Source: an uncultured Gaiellaceae bacterium
Lineage (GTDB): Bacteria > Actinomycetota > Thermoleophilia > Gaiellales > Gaiellaceae
Direction: 5' to 3'
Assembly (NCBI GenBank): GCA_963723695.1
Contig: CAVRRU010000009.1
Span: forward strand, 106,456 to 170,455
Length of the DNA: 64,000 nt
The translations under genes and the position numbers were made by a program. Under the pieces are notes generated by a model that was given only the letters and a program-made list of their open reading frames with translations, ran no database searches and was not told where the DNA came from. Below, piece by piece: positions 1-9,205 of this stretch. How positions within the stretch are numbered: the stretch's first letter is position 1; each line of letters opens with the position of its first letter.

Positions 1-26
1 CGCCCGTCTGTCCGCGGGCGCAGCGC

Positions 27-530
27 GTGAGTTGGCAGAAGCTCGCGAACGAGATCCAGGCGCCCGTCTACTGTCCCTCCTGGCTCCCGCAGCCCCTCGT
101 CGGGAAGTTCGAGGGGAGGTTCTTCAACGGCCGCTCCGTGGATCCGGATCGCTCGTATCTCGTCAGCTGGGCGTGGTTCGAGACGGGGGGAGGAATCATC
201 CAGGAGGTGCACGTGAATCTCCGCGGCTATCCGGGCTCCACGCGGATCCCGACCTGCGAGGACACCTTGACGGTGGACGGGACGACCGTTCGCAAGAAGA
301 TCCCCTGCTTCAGCGACAACCAGGGACGGAAGCGACTCGGAGGAGAGACCGTCACGGTCTACACGGCGAACCAGGGCGCCGACATGTGGCACGTCCTCTA
401 CGCCTGGCGAGATCGCGGCTCGCTGTACACGATCTCCGAGCATGTCGCGCCTCCCTACACGTACGAGCAGGTCAGCGCGCACCTCGATCGAATGACGCGC
501 ACGCTCGTGCGTCTGCAGCCCCAGACCTAG
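27..530 (+). CDS. hypothetical protein (possibly 5'-truncated by window edge)
   Basis: 167-aa ORF with high GC3. The frame stays open back to position 3, so the true start may lie upstream of the window. No recognisable motifs. Confidence 0.4.
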   Translation: MSWQKLANEIQAPVYCPSWLPQPLVGKFEGRFFNGRSVDPDRSYLVSWAWFETGGGIIQEVHVNLRGYPGSTRIPTCEDTLTVDGTTVRKKIPCFSDNQGRKRLGGETVTVYTANQGADMWHVLYAWRDRGSLYTISEHVAPPYTYEQVSAHLDRMTRTLVRLQPQT

Positions 531-532
531 AC

Positions 533-1951
533 GTGCGGCTGACCCGGAAGGAGCTCATCGGCGGGGCCGCCGCTGCGTCGGCGCTCGCCGCAACGGGCAT
601 CTACAAGCTGGTCGACCAGCTGACCGCACCGCCTGCGCGGGTGACGGCGGGCGCGACCGTTCCCGAGCAGCACCTTCTGGACGGAATTCAGGTCGCGCTC
701 GACAACGCCGTCGAAGTGCTCGTGCCGCCGCTCCACCATCAGGTCGTGACGGCGACGCTCCGTGTCGGCGAGTCCCCGTTCGAGCTCGGGGATGCCCGCG
801 AGGAACTGGAGAATGCTCTTCGCCGGCTCGACCAGCGCTTCGAGCCCACCCCGGCGGGTCTCGGCGTGACCGTGGCCTGGGGGCTTCCCTACTTCCAGCG
901 CTTCGTGCCCACGCAAGCGGATCGGCATCTCCCGCTCGACCGCCGGGCGTCGGAGACGCGGAAGACGCCTGTGCGCGTGCTCGAGGACGCAATCCGGTTT
1001 CCGAGCGATCCGGAGACGACGCTCCTCGAGCAGAACGACGTCGCGGTGCTGCTCCGAAGTGACATCCTCGACCACATCGCTGCGGGATCCGCAGCGATCT
1101 TCGACGATCTGGGTGGCCTGTTCCGGGTGACGAGCGTCCGCAAAGGCTTCGTCGGGGGCGGATTCGACGGCGGCGCGGGGCTCCCGAAGCAGATGGCGCT
1201 CGCAGCGCGCATCGAAGGTGCCGACCTCATCCCCGACGGTGCGGAGCTGTTCCTCGGGTTCACCTCCACGCAGAAGGCGGGGCTCGGCCCGTCGAGGATC
1301 GCGAACCTGGAGACACTCGGCTATGCGGACCTCGGCCCCGGTGGCTACTTCACGCACGGGACGCACATGCATCTCTCGCACCTGTTCGAGGACATCGCGG
1401 CCTGGTATCTGACCTTCGACTTCCAGAGCCGCCTCGACACGACGTTCCGACCGGGACTCGACGTCCCCTCGGCGACGCAGACCGTCGCGCAAGGCCCCGA
1501 CGACGCGCAGACCGGGCGCGAGGTGCGCCATGACTACGCTCGCTACCGGCAGATCGGTCACTCGGGTTCGATCCAGCCCGCCTCTCGTCTCGAGCGCGAC
1601 GTGGTGGGCGTCGACGGGACTCGCTATTCGAAGGGGACCGCGGTCCCCCAGCGTGCTGATTTCAACACGCTCGACAATCCCTTCTTCTGGACGGCGTACG
1701 AGGGCCGCGACACGTTCTCCGAGGAGCCGCGTGCCGGACTCCACTTCGTCGTCTTCAATCCGTCGAGCGACGACTTCCGTCGCACTCGCCTCGCCATGGA
1801 CGGCGTCATGCCCGACGGCACGACTCTAGCGTTCGAGACCGGAAGTACGGGCCGTGGCTTCAACTCGATCCTCGCCACGACACACCGGCAGAACTTCCTC
1901 GTGCCCCCGCGCGCTCATCGCTCGTTCCCCCTCTCGGACCTTCGCGGCTGA
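533..1951 (+). CDS. Tat-signal secreted DyP-type peroxidase-like protein (tentative)
   Basis: In-frame GTG at 533 inside ORF 32..1951. N-terminus RLTRKELIGGAAAASALAATG resembles a twin-arginine signal. FLGFTSTQ, GLHFVVFNP and NFLVPP segments resemble DyP/EfeB-fold proteins. Motif recognition only. Confidence 0.4.
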   Translation: MRLTRKELIGGAAAASALAATGIYKLVDQLTAPPARVTAGATVPEQHLLDGIQVALDNAVEVLVPPLHHQVVTATLRVGESPFELGDAREELENALRRLDQRFEPTPAGLGVTVAWGLPYFQRFVPTQADRHLPLDRRASETRKTPVRVLEDAIRFPSDPETTLLEQNDVAVLLRSDILDHIAAGSAAIFDDLGGLFRVTSVRKGFVGGGFDGGAGLPKQMALAARIEGADLIPDGAELFLGFTSTQKAGLGPSRIANLETLGYADLGPGGYFTHGTHMHLSHLFEDIAAWYLTFDFQSRLDTTFRPGLDVPSATQTVAQGPDDAQTGREVRHDYARYRQIGHSGSIQPASRLERDVVGVDGTRYSKGTAVPQRADFNTLDNPFFWTAYEGRDTFSEEPRAGLHFVVFNPSSDDFRRTRLAMDGVMPDGTTLAFETGSTGRGFNSILATTHRQNFLVPPRAHRSFPLSDLRG

Positions 1952-1978
1952 CGCGTGTTATGAGAGTTGAACACGCGT
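1951..1978 (+). terminator. 9-bp perfect inverted repeat (ACGCGTGTT / AACACGCGT, 10-nt loop) overlapping the stop codon
   Basis: Stem 1951-1959 pairs with 1970-1978, read directly. It could be a terminator for the upstream gene or an operator for the liv operon. There is no T-tail. Confidence 0.4.
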
Positions 1979-2061
1979 GCCGAAGGAGCGATACTCACGG
2001 CGTACGACGGGTGCGGCACGCACCCTCAGACGCCATCGATCGGTAACCGAGGAGGGAATGA

Positions 2062-3399
2062 GTGAAATCAAGGATCATGATCGGCGGAGCGATCGTTGCC
2101 GTCATCGGGCTCGCGCTGGGTGCTGCCGCAGCTGCCGGGCCTCTCTCGAGCAGCGGCTCGTCGACGCTTCCGTCGTCTTCGTGCGGGCCCGTGTTCTACA
2201 AGGGCTCGGGGAGCCCGCAGTACCTCATCGCTTCGGACTTGCCGCTGCAAGGAGCAGGCCGTGCGCAGCTGCTGGCGATGCAACAGGCGGTTCAGTTCGT
2301 GCTCGAGAAGCAGTTCAACTTCAAGGCAGGGAAGTTCACGGTCGGATACCAGGGCTGCGACGACTCGACCGCGCAGACCGGCGCATGGGATCCGGCCAAA
2401 TGCTCGTCGAACGCGCGGGCGTATGCAGCGGACAAGTCAGTGCTTGGCGTCCTCGGGACGTTCAACTCCGGCTGCGCGAAGCTCGTCCTTCCGATCCTGA
2501 ACCGGGCTCCGGGTGGAGCGGTTGCGATGCTCAGTTCGGCGAACACGAACGTGGGGCTCACGCACAACGCGCCGTGGAACAGCCCCGGGGAGCCCAAGGT
2601 CTTCTACCCCACGGGTGTGAGGAACTACGCGCGTGTGGCCGCGAGCGACGACTACCAGGGACCTGCAGCCGTGGCTCTGCTCCAGAGCAAGGCATTCAGG
2701 CTTGCGCAGGGTAGGAGGTTCAAGGCGATCCGGAACGTGTTCATCCTTCACGACAATCAGACGTTCGGAAAGGGCGTCGCCCAGGCGTTCCAGGCCCGGG
2801 CCAAGGCCCGAGGCCTCAAGGTGTTGGGCTTCGTACCGTGGGACGCGAAGGCGACGAGCTACGAGGCGATCGGTGAGCAGATCAAGTCGACGGGAGCGCA
2901 GTCCGTGTACCTCGGCGGCATCGTCTGCAACAACGGCGTGAAGCTACTCAAGGACCTCCGCGCCGTTGTCGGGCCCGATGTCGTCTTCGTAGGCCCCGAC
3001 GGCTGGACGCCGTACTCGGCCACCCTCGGCGCAGGCTCGGCGGCCCAGAGCATGTACATCAGCTACGCGGGCCAGCCGCTCGAAAAACTCGGGCCGGCGG
3101 GAAAGAGGTTCCAGCGGGAGTTCAGGGCCTACGCGAAGATCAAGGGCAACATGCCTCCGTACGCGGTCTACCAGGCCCAGGCGGCACAGATCATGCTCGG
3201 CGCGATCGCGCGATCGGACGGCACGCGTGCTTCGGTGGTCAAGGAGATGTTCAAGACGCGAGTCCAGAACGGGATCATGGGCACGTTCCGCTTCGACAGG
3301 AACGGCGACATCGTCCCGAACAAGTGGATCAGCTTTGACCAGTTGCGAGGCAAGGCTGGCGTCCCCGTGTACGCGGTCGTCGAGAAGGTGGGGAAATAG
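2062..3399 (+). CDS. branched-chain amino-acid ABC transporter substrate-binding (lipo)protein, LivJ/LivK family
   Basis: 445-aa ORF. GAGGAGGG lies 5 nt before GTG 2062. Signal peptide with a Cys after PSSS. Type-1 periplasmic-binding-protein-like sequence (GYQGCDD, GTFNSGC, LSSANTNVGLT), followed by livHMGF. Confidence 0.8.
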   Translation: MKSRIMIGGAIVAVIGLALGAAAAAGPLSSSGSSTLPSSSCGPVFYKGSGSPQYLIASDLPLQGAGRAQLLAMQQAVQFVLEKQFNFKAGKFTVGYQGCDDSTAQTGAWDPAKCSSNARAYAADKSVLGVLGTFNSGCAKLVLPILNRAPGGAVAMLSSANTNVGLTHNAPWNSPGEPKVFYPTGVRNYARVAASDDYQGPAAVALLQSKAFRLAQGRRFKAIRNVFILHDNQTFGKGVAQAFQARAKARGLKVLGFVPWDAKATSYEAIGEQIKSTGAQSVYLGGIVCNNGVKLLKDLRAVVGPDVVFVGPDGWTPYSATLGAGSAAQSMYISYAGQPLEKLGPAGKRFQREFRAYAKIKGNMPPYAVYQAQAAQIMLGAIARSDGTRASVVKEMFKTRVQNGIMGTFRFDRNGDIVPNKWISFDQLRGKAGVPVYAVVEKVGK

Positions 3400-3427
3400 C
3401 AGGGCCGGCCCGCCCGCGGGAAGACCA

Positions 3428-3455
3428 GGGAAGAGCCCCTTTCGGGGCTCTTCCC
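3428..3455 (+). terminator. intercistronic GC-rich stem-loop (12-bp perfect stem, TTTC loop) between SBP and permease genes
   Basis: GGGAAGAGCCCC (3428-3439), TTTC, GGGGCTCTTCCC (3444-3455). No U-tract (TAATAA follows), so it is more likely an attenuator or mRNA stabiliser giving SBP excess than a full stop. Confidence 0.6.
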
Positions 3456-3461
3456 TAATAA

Positions 3462-4550
3462 CTGGGGGCCGACATCGCGACCGACGCTCAGGCGCAGGCC
3501 GTCGCGCTCAGAAGGCGGGTTCGGTCTTCCTCGGTCGTCGTCCCTGCGCTCGGGCTGATCCTTGTCGGTCTCGTCGTCGTCTGGCTGGGCGTCAATCTGG
3601 CGAGGGACTGGGACCTGTTCTTCAGGATCTTCCTCATCGGGCTGACGAACGGGTCCCTGTATGCGCTCATCGCGCTCGGCTACACGCTCGTCTACGGCAT
3701 CCTCGAGCTGATCAACTTCGCCCACGGCGACGTGTTCATGATCGGCGGGATGATCGCGGCGACGGTGGCGCTGAGCATGTTCAGCCTGACGGAGAACCCG
3801 GCTCTCGGCACCCTCATTCCTGCGATCCTCGTTGCCCTCCTGATCGCCATGGCCGGCTGTGCCCTGCTCAATTCGACGATCGAGCGTGTTGCGTACAGGC
3901 CGCTACGGCGGGCCCCGCGTCTCGTGCCGCTGATAACGGCGATCGGCGTTTCGTTCATCCTCCAGAACGTCGCTCTGCTGTGGAAGGGCTCCGCTCCGGT
4001 CGCGATGCCGAAGTCGCTGCCGGACGGAGCGATCTTCACGGTGGGGACGTGCCCGGACTGCGTCGTCTATCGCTGGGACCGCCTCTTTCCCATCCTGATC
4101 ACCGTTCCGGTCCTCGTCGGCCTCGTCTGGCTCGTCCGCTACACGAGGCGCGGGAAGGCGATGCGCGCCACCGCGCAGGACAAGGATGCCGCCGCGATGA
4201 TGGGTATCGACGTCAATCGCACGATCGGGTTCGTCTTCCTGCTGGCGGGCGCCCTCGCCGGAGCGGCCGGCGTCCTCTTCGCCTTCTACTTCCAGACGAT
4301 CCGCTACGACACCGGTTTCACGATCGGGCTCATCGCGTTCACCGCCGCGGTGCTGGGAGGGATCGGCAACCTGTCCGGGGCCGTTCTCGGCGCATTGCTC
4401 ATCGGCTTGACCCAGGCCTTCGTGGAGGGTCTGTCCTGGCACTCGCCCGGCGCCGGCTGGACGACGACGGTCGTCTTCACGATCCTGATCCTCATCCTCG
4501 TGTTCCGTCCCGAGGGGCTCCTCGGCGAGCGGACGCCCGAGGGGGGCTGA
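3462..4550 (+). CDS. livH: branched-chain amino-acid ABC transporter permease LivH (start codon unresolved)
   Basis: FFRIFLIGLTNGSLYALIALGYTLVYGILELINFAHGD is a canonical LivH N-terminus but lies upstream of the first ATG/GTG/TTG (3732). The frame is open from 3462 with coding-like GC3. The stop TGA 4548-4550 abuts the livM GTG. Confidence 0.85.
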   Translation: MGADIATDAQAQAVALRRRVRSSSVVVPALGLILVGLVVVWLGVNLARDWDLFFRIFLIGLTNGSLYALIALGYTLVYGILELINFAHGDVFMIGGMIAATVALSMFSLTENPALGTLIPAILVALLIAMAGCALLNSTIERVAYRPLRRAPRLVPLITAIGVSFILQNVALLWKGSAPVAMPKSLPDGAIFTVGTCPDCVVYRWDRLFPILITVPVLVGLVWLVRYTRRGKAMRATAQDKDAAAMMGIDVNRTIGFVFLLAGALAGAAGVLFAFYFQTIRYDTGFTIGLIAFTAAVLGGIGNLSGAVLGALLIGLTQAFVEGLSWHSPGAGWTTTVVFTILILILVFRPEGLLGERTPEGG

Positions 4551-4551
4551 C

Positions 4552-6084
4552 GTGGCGAAGTTGAACGCGCGGGGTCGTGTCCAGGCAGGCTTCTGGCGGG
4601 CGCTCGAAGCTGTCGGGGTCAGGGACGCGCGCATGCGCTGGGAGAGGCAGTCCCCGTTCCTGCAGCGGGCCGTGCCGCCACTCGTGATCGCCGTCCTCGT
4701 GCTCGGGCTCGCGTGGCTGGCGGGTGTGCCGCCGCATCCGACGTTCGTCGCGCTGCTCGTGATCGTCTACGTCCTCTACCTGCTGCCGCACACGCATCCG
4801 AAGGATCGCGGTGCCGCTGACCGTGTTGGCCGTCGCCATCGCCTACCCGGTCCTGTGGGCGAACGAGCTGACCGGGACCAACACCTTGTTCGAGATTCCG
4901 ATCTTCAAAGCATTCCCGAACATGGACACCATGGTCGCGATCGTGATCTTCGCGATGATGGCGATCGGGCTGAACATCGTCGTGGGTTACGCGGGCCTGC
5001 TCGACCTCGGCTATGTCGCCTTCTACGCGATCGGCGCCTATATCGCCGCCTGGCTCGCCTCGCCGCACTTCGCTTCGGAAGGCATCGACTTCGAGTTCGG
5101 AGGGATCGGCGTCCCGCAGGACGTCGGCGGCATCCACATCTCTATCTGGATCGTTCTCGTCGCCGCGGCGATCACGACGGCGATCGCGGGCGTGCTCATC
5201 GGCCTGCCGACGCTGCGCCTGCGGGGCGACTACCTCGCCATCGTCACGCTGGGCTTCGGGGAGATCATCCACCAGGCGGCCGTGCAGGGGAACGCCGACG
5301 GGATCAGCGCGCTGATCGGCTCACCGACGGACTTCAACCTCACGAACGGTGCGTTCGGGATCAACCCCGTCGACCCGCCGGGGTTCGGAGGCTGGCTGTC
5401 GGACCACCTCGGGCTGCCGGCCAACTTCATCGTCGAGAACGGCTCGTACGTGAACTTCGTCAGCCTCGTCTACTGGTCGGCGATCGGGCTCCTGCTGATC
5501 ACGCTCTTCTGCAGCATCCGGCTACGGGACTCACGGCTCGGGCGTGCGTGGATCGCGATTCGCGAGGACGAGGTCGCGGCCGCCGCGATGGGGATTCCGC
5601 TGATGCGGACGAAGACCTGGTCCTATGCGAGCGGTGCCTTCTTCGGCGGTGTGGCGGGCGCCTGGTACGGCTCGTTCAAGCAGGGCGTCTTTCCCGACGA
5701 CTTCCTCTTCAACTTCTCGATCTTCATCCTCTGCATGGTCATTCTCGGCGGGATGGGAAACGTCTGGGGCGCGATCGCCGGTGCCGCCCTCCTCACCTAC
5801 CTCGACAAGGAAGGGCTGTCGAACGTGGCGGGGTGGTTCAACGAGAAGGACTTCATCCTGTTCCAGTGCGAGCCCGTCGCGCAGGATCCGTCGAGGCCGA
5901 TCAGTGCGGGCTGCCTGAACGCGCCCCTCCTCGCAACAGGCATCTACGGCTCCATTCTCGTCCTAGCCATGCTCTTCCGGCCGCAGGGCCTGATCCCCGA
6001 GCAGCGCCGGCAGCGCGAAATCGAGGAGGGCGTTCACGACGAGCCGCTGATGGACGTTCGCCATGCCCCCGAAGCGGGGCCAGG

Positions 6085-6088
<4 letters not shown>
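4552..6088 (+). CDS. livM: branched-chain amino-acid ABC transporter permease LivM (apparent +1 frameshift near 4808)
   Basis: ORF 4811..6088 has the LivM core (NIVVGYAGLLDLGYVAFYAIGAY). The membrane-like N-terminal extension is read from GTG 4552 in another frame (PPLVIAVLVLGLAWLAG, FVALLVIVYVLYLL). ATGA overlap with livG. Confidence 0.8.
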
Positions 6089-6857
<769 letters not shown>

Positions 6858-6861
<4 letters not shown>

Positions 6862-7586
6862 CCGACGGACGCGGTGCGATTCTCTCGGTCGCGAACGTCC
6901 ACACCTTCTACGGGACGATCGAGGCGCTCAAGGGCGTCTCGATCGAAGTGCACGACGGCGAGATCGTGACGTTGATCGGTGCCAACGGCGCGGGTAAGTC
7001 GACGACGCTTCGCTCGGTCAACGGGCTCAACCACCCGCGCACGGGAACGATCACATTCATGGGCGAGGACATCACGAGCAAGCCGGCGCACGAGATCGTC
7101 CGCATGGGCATCTCCCAGTCGCCCGAGGGCCGAAAGCTCTTCCCGCGCATGACGGTCGTCGAGAACCTCGAGATGGGGGCCTTCCAGCGGACCGACCGCG
7201 CGGAGATCAAGGAGGACATGGACCACGTGTTCACGCTCTTTCCGCGGCTCGAGGAGCGCAGGACCCAGAAGGCCGGGACGCTGTCCGGCGGCGAGCAGCA
7301 GATGTGCGCGATCGGGCGCGCGATGATGGCGCGGCCGAAGCTGCTCATGCTCGACGAGCCGTCGATGGGCCTCGCGCCGATCTTCGTCGAGCGGATCTTC
7401 GAGACGGTGGTCGAGATCAACAACGAGGGGACTCCGATCCTGCTCGTCGAGCAGAACGCGCTCATGGCGCTCGATGTCGCCAGACGCGGCTACGTCATGG
7501 AAACGGGCCGCATCGCGCTCGAGGGGCCGGCGAGTGAGCTGAAGACGAACGAGCAGGTCCGCAAGACGTATCTCGGCGAGGGCTAG
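6858..7586 (+). CDS. livF: branched-chain amino-acid ABC transporter ATP-binding protein LivF
   Basis: 242-aa ORF with GANGAGKSTT, LSGGEQQM, LLMLDEPSMGLAP. 4-nt overlap with livG. Confidence 0.9.
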
Positions 7587-9139
7587 GCCGCCGTTCCGAC
7601 GAGGAGCGGCGCGTAGGGCGGAGCGAGCAGGACGCCGACGCGCGCGCGTCCGCCCGCCAGCCCGTGTGCCATCTCGAGCGCGCTTGCGATCGAGTGGCTG
7701 GGAACGAACCCGAGGGCCCGTGCTGCGGCGGCGTCCCTGCTGCCCGCGACGATGACGCGACCGAGCCGCGACAGCGCCGGCCCGCACCCGGCCCAGTCGG
7801 CGTAGGGAAGCAGCGGGTGGCAGGCACGGCCGGAGTGGTACGCCGCAAGCGCCCGCGCGTCGTCCGCTGCTGCCCGCTCCGAGCTCACGAGCGCCTCGTC
7901 ACCGCCGGCGAGGAGCGCGTCGAAGAGCCGGCGGTAGGGCGCCTGAGTCCCGTGCGCGAACGTGCGCGTCAGCGAGTGGACGAGCACGAGCGTACCGTCG
8001 GGCCGAATGGGGAAGTCGTCCCGCCAGAGCCGGAGCGCGTGCCCGAGGGACATCGCCGCGGATGTGACCGGGTTGAGCGGCTCGCGCGGGAGGTGCGGCC
8101 CGACCCACGGCACACCGACGACGAGGGCGTCGACCGGTTCGTCGAGCGGAAGGCCGCGAAGGTCGACACTGCGCACGAGGGCCTCGGCATGAGCGACGGA
8201 TGGCGTCCCAGCGAACGCCGCCGTCGCCCTGAGCACCCGGCTCTGGTCACGAAGGATCCTCCGGCGCAATCCCGCGGGCAGTCGCGAGTACAGGCGCCGG
8301 AGCGGTGACCGCGAGACGTGCGCGAGCGATTCGGGATCGTGCGGGTAGTCGCGGAAGCGGCCGGTGAGACGGGGGTGGTCCAGCACGAGCGAGACGCCCG
8401 TCAGCGGGACGTCGGCCGCAACCGCTCGCTCGAGGGCCAATACGAGACCCCAGGCGGGTTCTCCGGCCGCCTGAACAAGCGATTCGGCTGGAGCCGAACG
8501 GCGCACAGTGGAGGCGTCGCACGCGGCGAGCAGGGCGGCTGCGCCGCCGTGGAGCACCGTCTCGGCCGACGACACGACGACCACGAGGTCGGTCTCGACG
8601 AGCGCACGGCTGGCACGCGCCCCGGTCCCGTCCCCGGGAAGCGCCGCGAGATCCGCATCGGTGGCGTCGTGGACGAGCACGCGTCCGTGAAACTCGCGCG
8701 CCTGCGGCGGTGGCAGCAGCCACTCGAGGTCCTGTGGCCCGAGACGACGGGAGAGGCCACCAGCGACGAGGATCGTCTGCCGCTCGTCCGGAATGCCGAG
8801 CTCCACCAGGTGCTGGAGAACTGTTGCCAGCGCCGCCTGCCTCGGGTCGGTCTGGGCGCCCGGGACCGGAAGTGACGGCGGCTCCACGACGATCGTCGCG
8901 CGGCCGCGTCGGAGCGACAGGTCTGCCACGGGGTCGCCGTCGAGCGGGAACTGCAATGCATCCCGAACGGCCGCTGCGACGTCGATGACAGCCGAGGGCG
9001 GGGGAGGCGGCCGGAGAACGACGTCGTCGTCGCCGATCGGGATGTGGACGACCCGCGAGCCCGAGAGGAGCGGGACGCGATGCACGGCCCTCAGTCTTGC
9101 GCAAGGCGGCGGATCTCCGGCGGAGATCCGCCGACGCAC
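7583..9139 (-). CDS. LarA N-terminal-like (DUF2088-like) domain protein, divergent
   Basis: 518-aa ORF. ATIVVEPPSLPVP and ILVAGGLSRRLGPQDLEWLL resemble the lactate-racemase N-domain layout, but with non-canonical residues. The start is uncertain (several in-frame candidates). 4-nt convergent overlap with livF. Confidence 0.35.
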   Translation of the reverse strand: MRRRISAGDPPPCARLRAVHRVPLLSGSRVVHIPIGDDDVVLRPPPPPSAVIDVAAAVRDALQFPLDGDPVADLSLRRGRATIVVEPPSLPVPGAQTDPRQAALATVLQHLVELGIPDERQTILVAGGLSRRLGPQDLEWLLPPPQAREFHGRVLVHDATDADLAALPGDGTGARASRALVETDLVVVVSSAETVLHGGAAALLAACDASTVRRSAPAESLVQAAGEPAWGLVLALERAVAADVPLTGVSLVLDHPRLTGRFRDYPHDPESLAHVSRSPLRRLYSRLPAGLRRRILRDQSRVLRATAAFAGTPSVAHAEALVRSVDLRGLPLDEPVDALVVGVPWVGPHLPREPLNPVTSAAMSLGHALRLWRDDFPIRPDGTLVLVHSLTRTFAHGTQAPYRRLFDALLAGGDEALVSSERAAADDARALAAYHSGRACHPLLPYADWAGCGPALSRLGRVIVAGSRDAAAARALGFVPSHSIASALEMAHGLAGGRARVGVLLAPPYAPLLVGTAA

Positions 9140-9205
9140 GAAGACCCCTGAAGGCGGCCGCTTCGCGGCCGCTGCGGGAGCGTCTCACGGACGTAGAGTC
9201 TCGGC

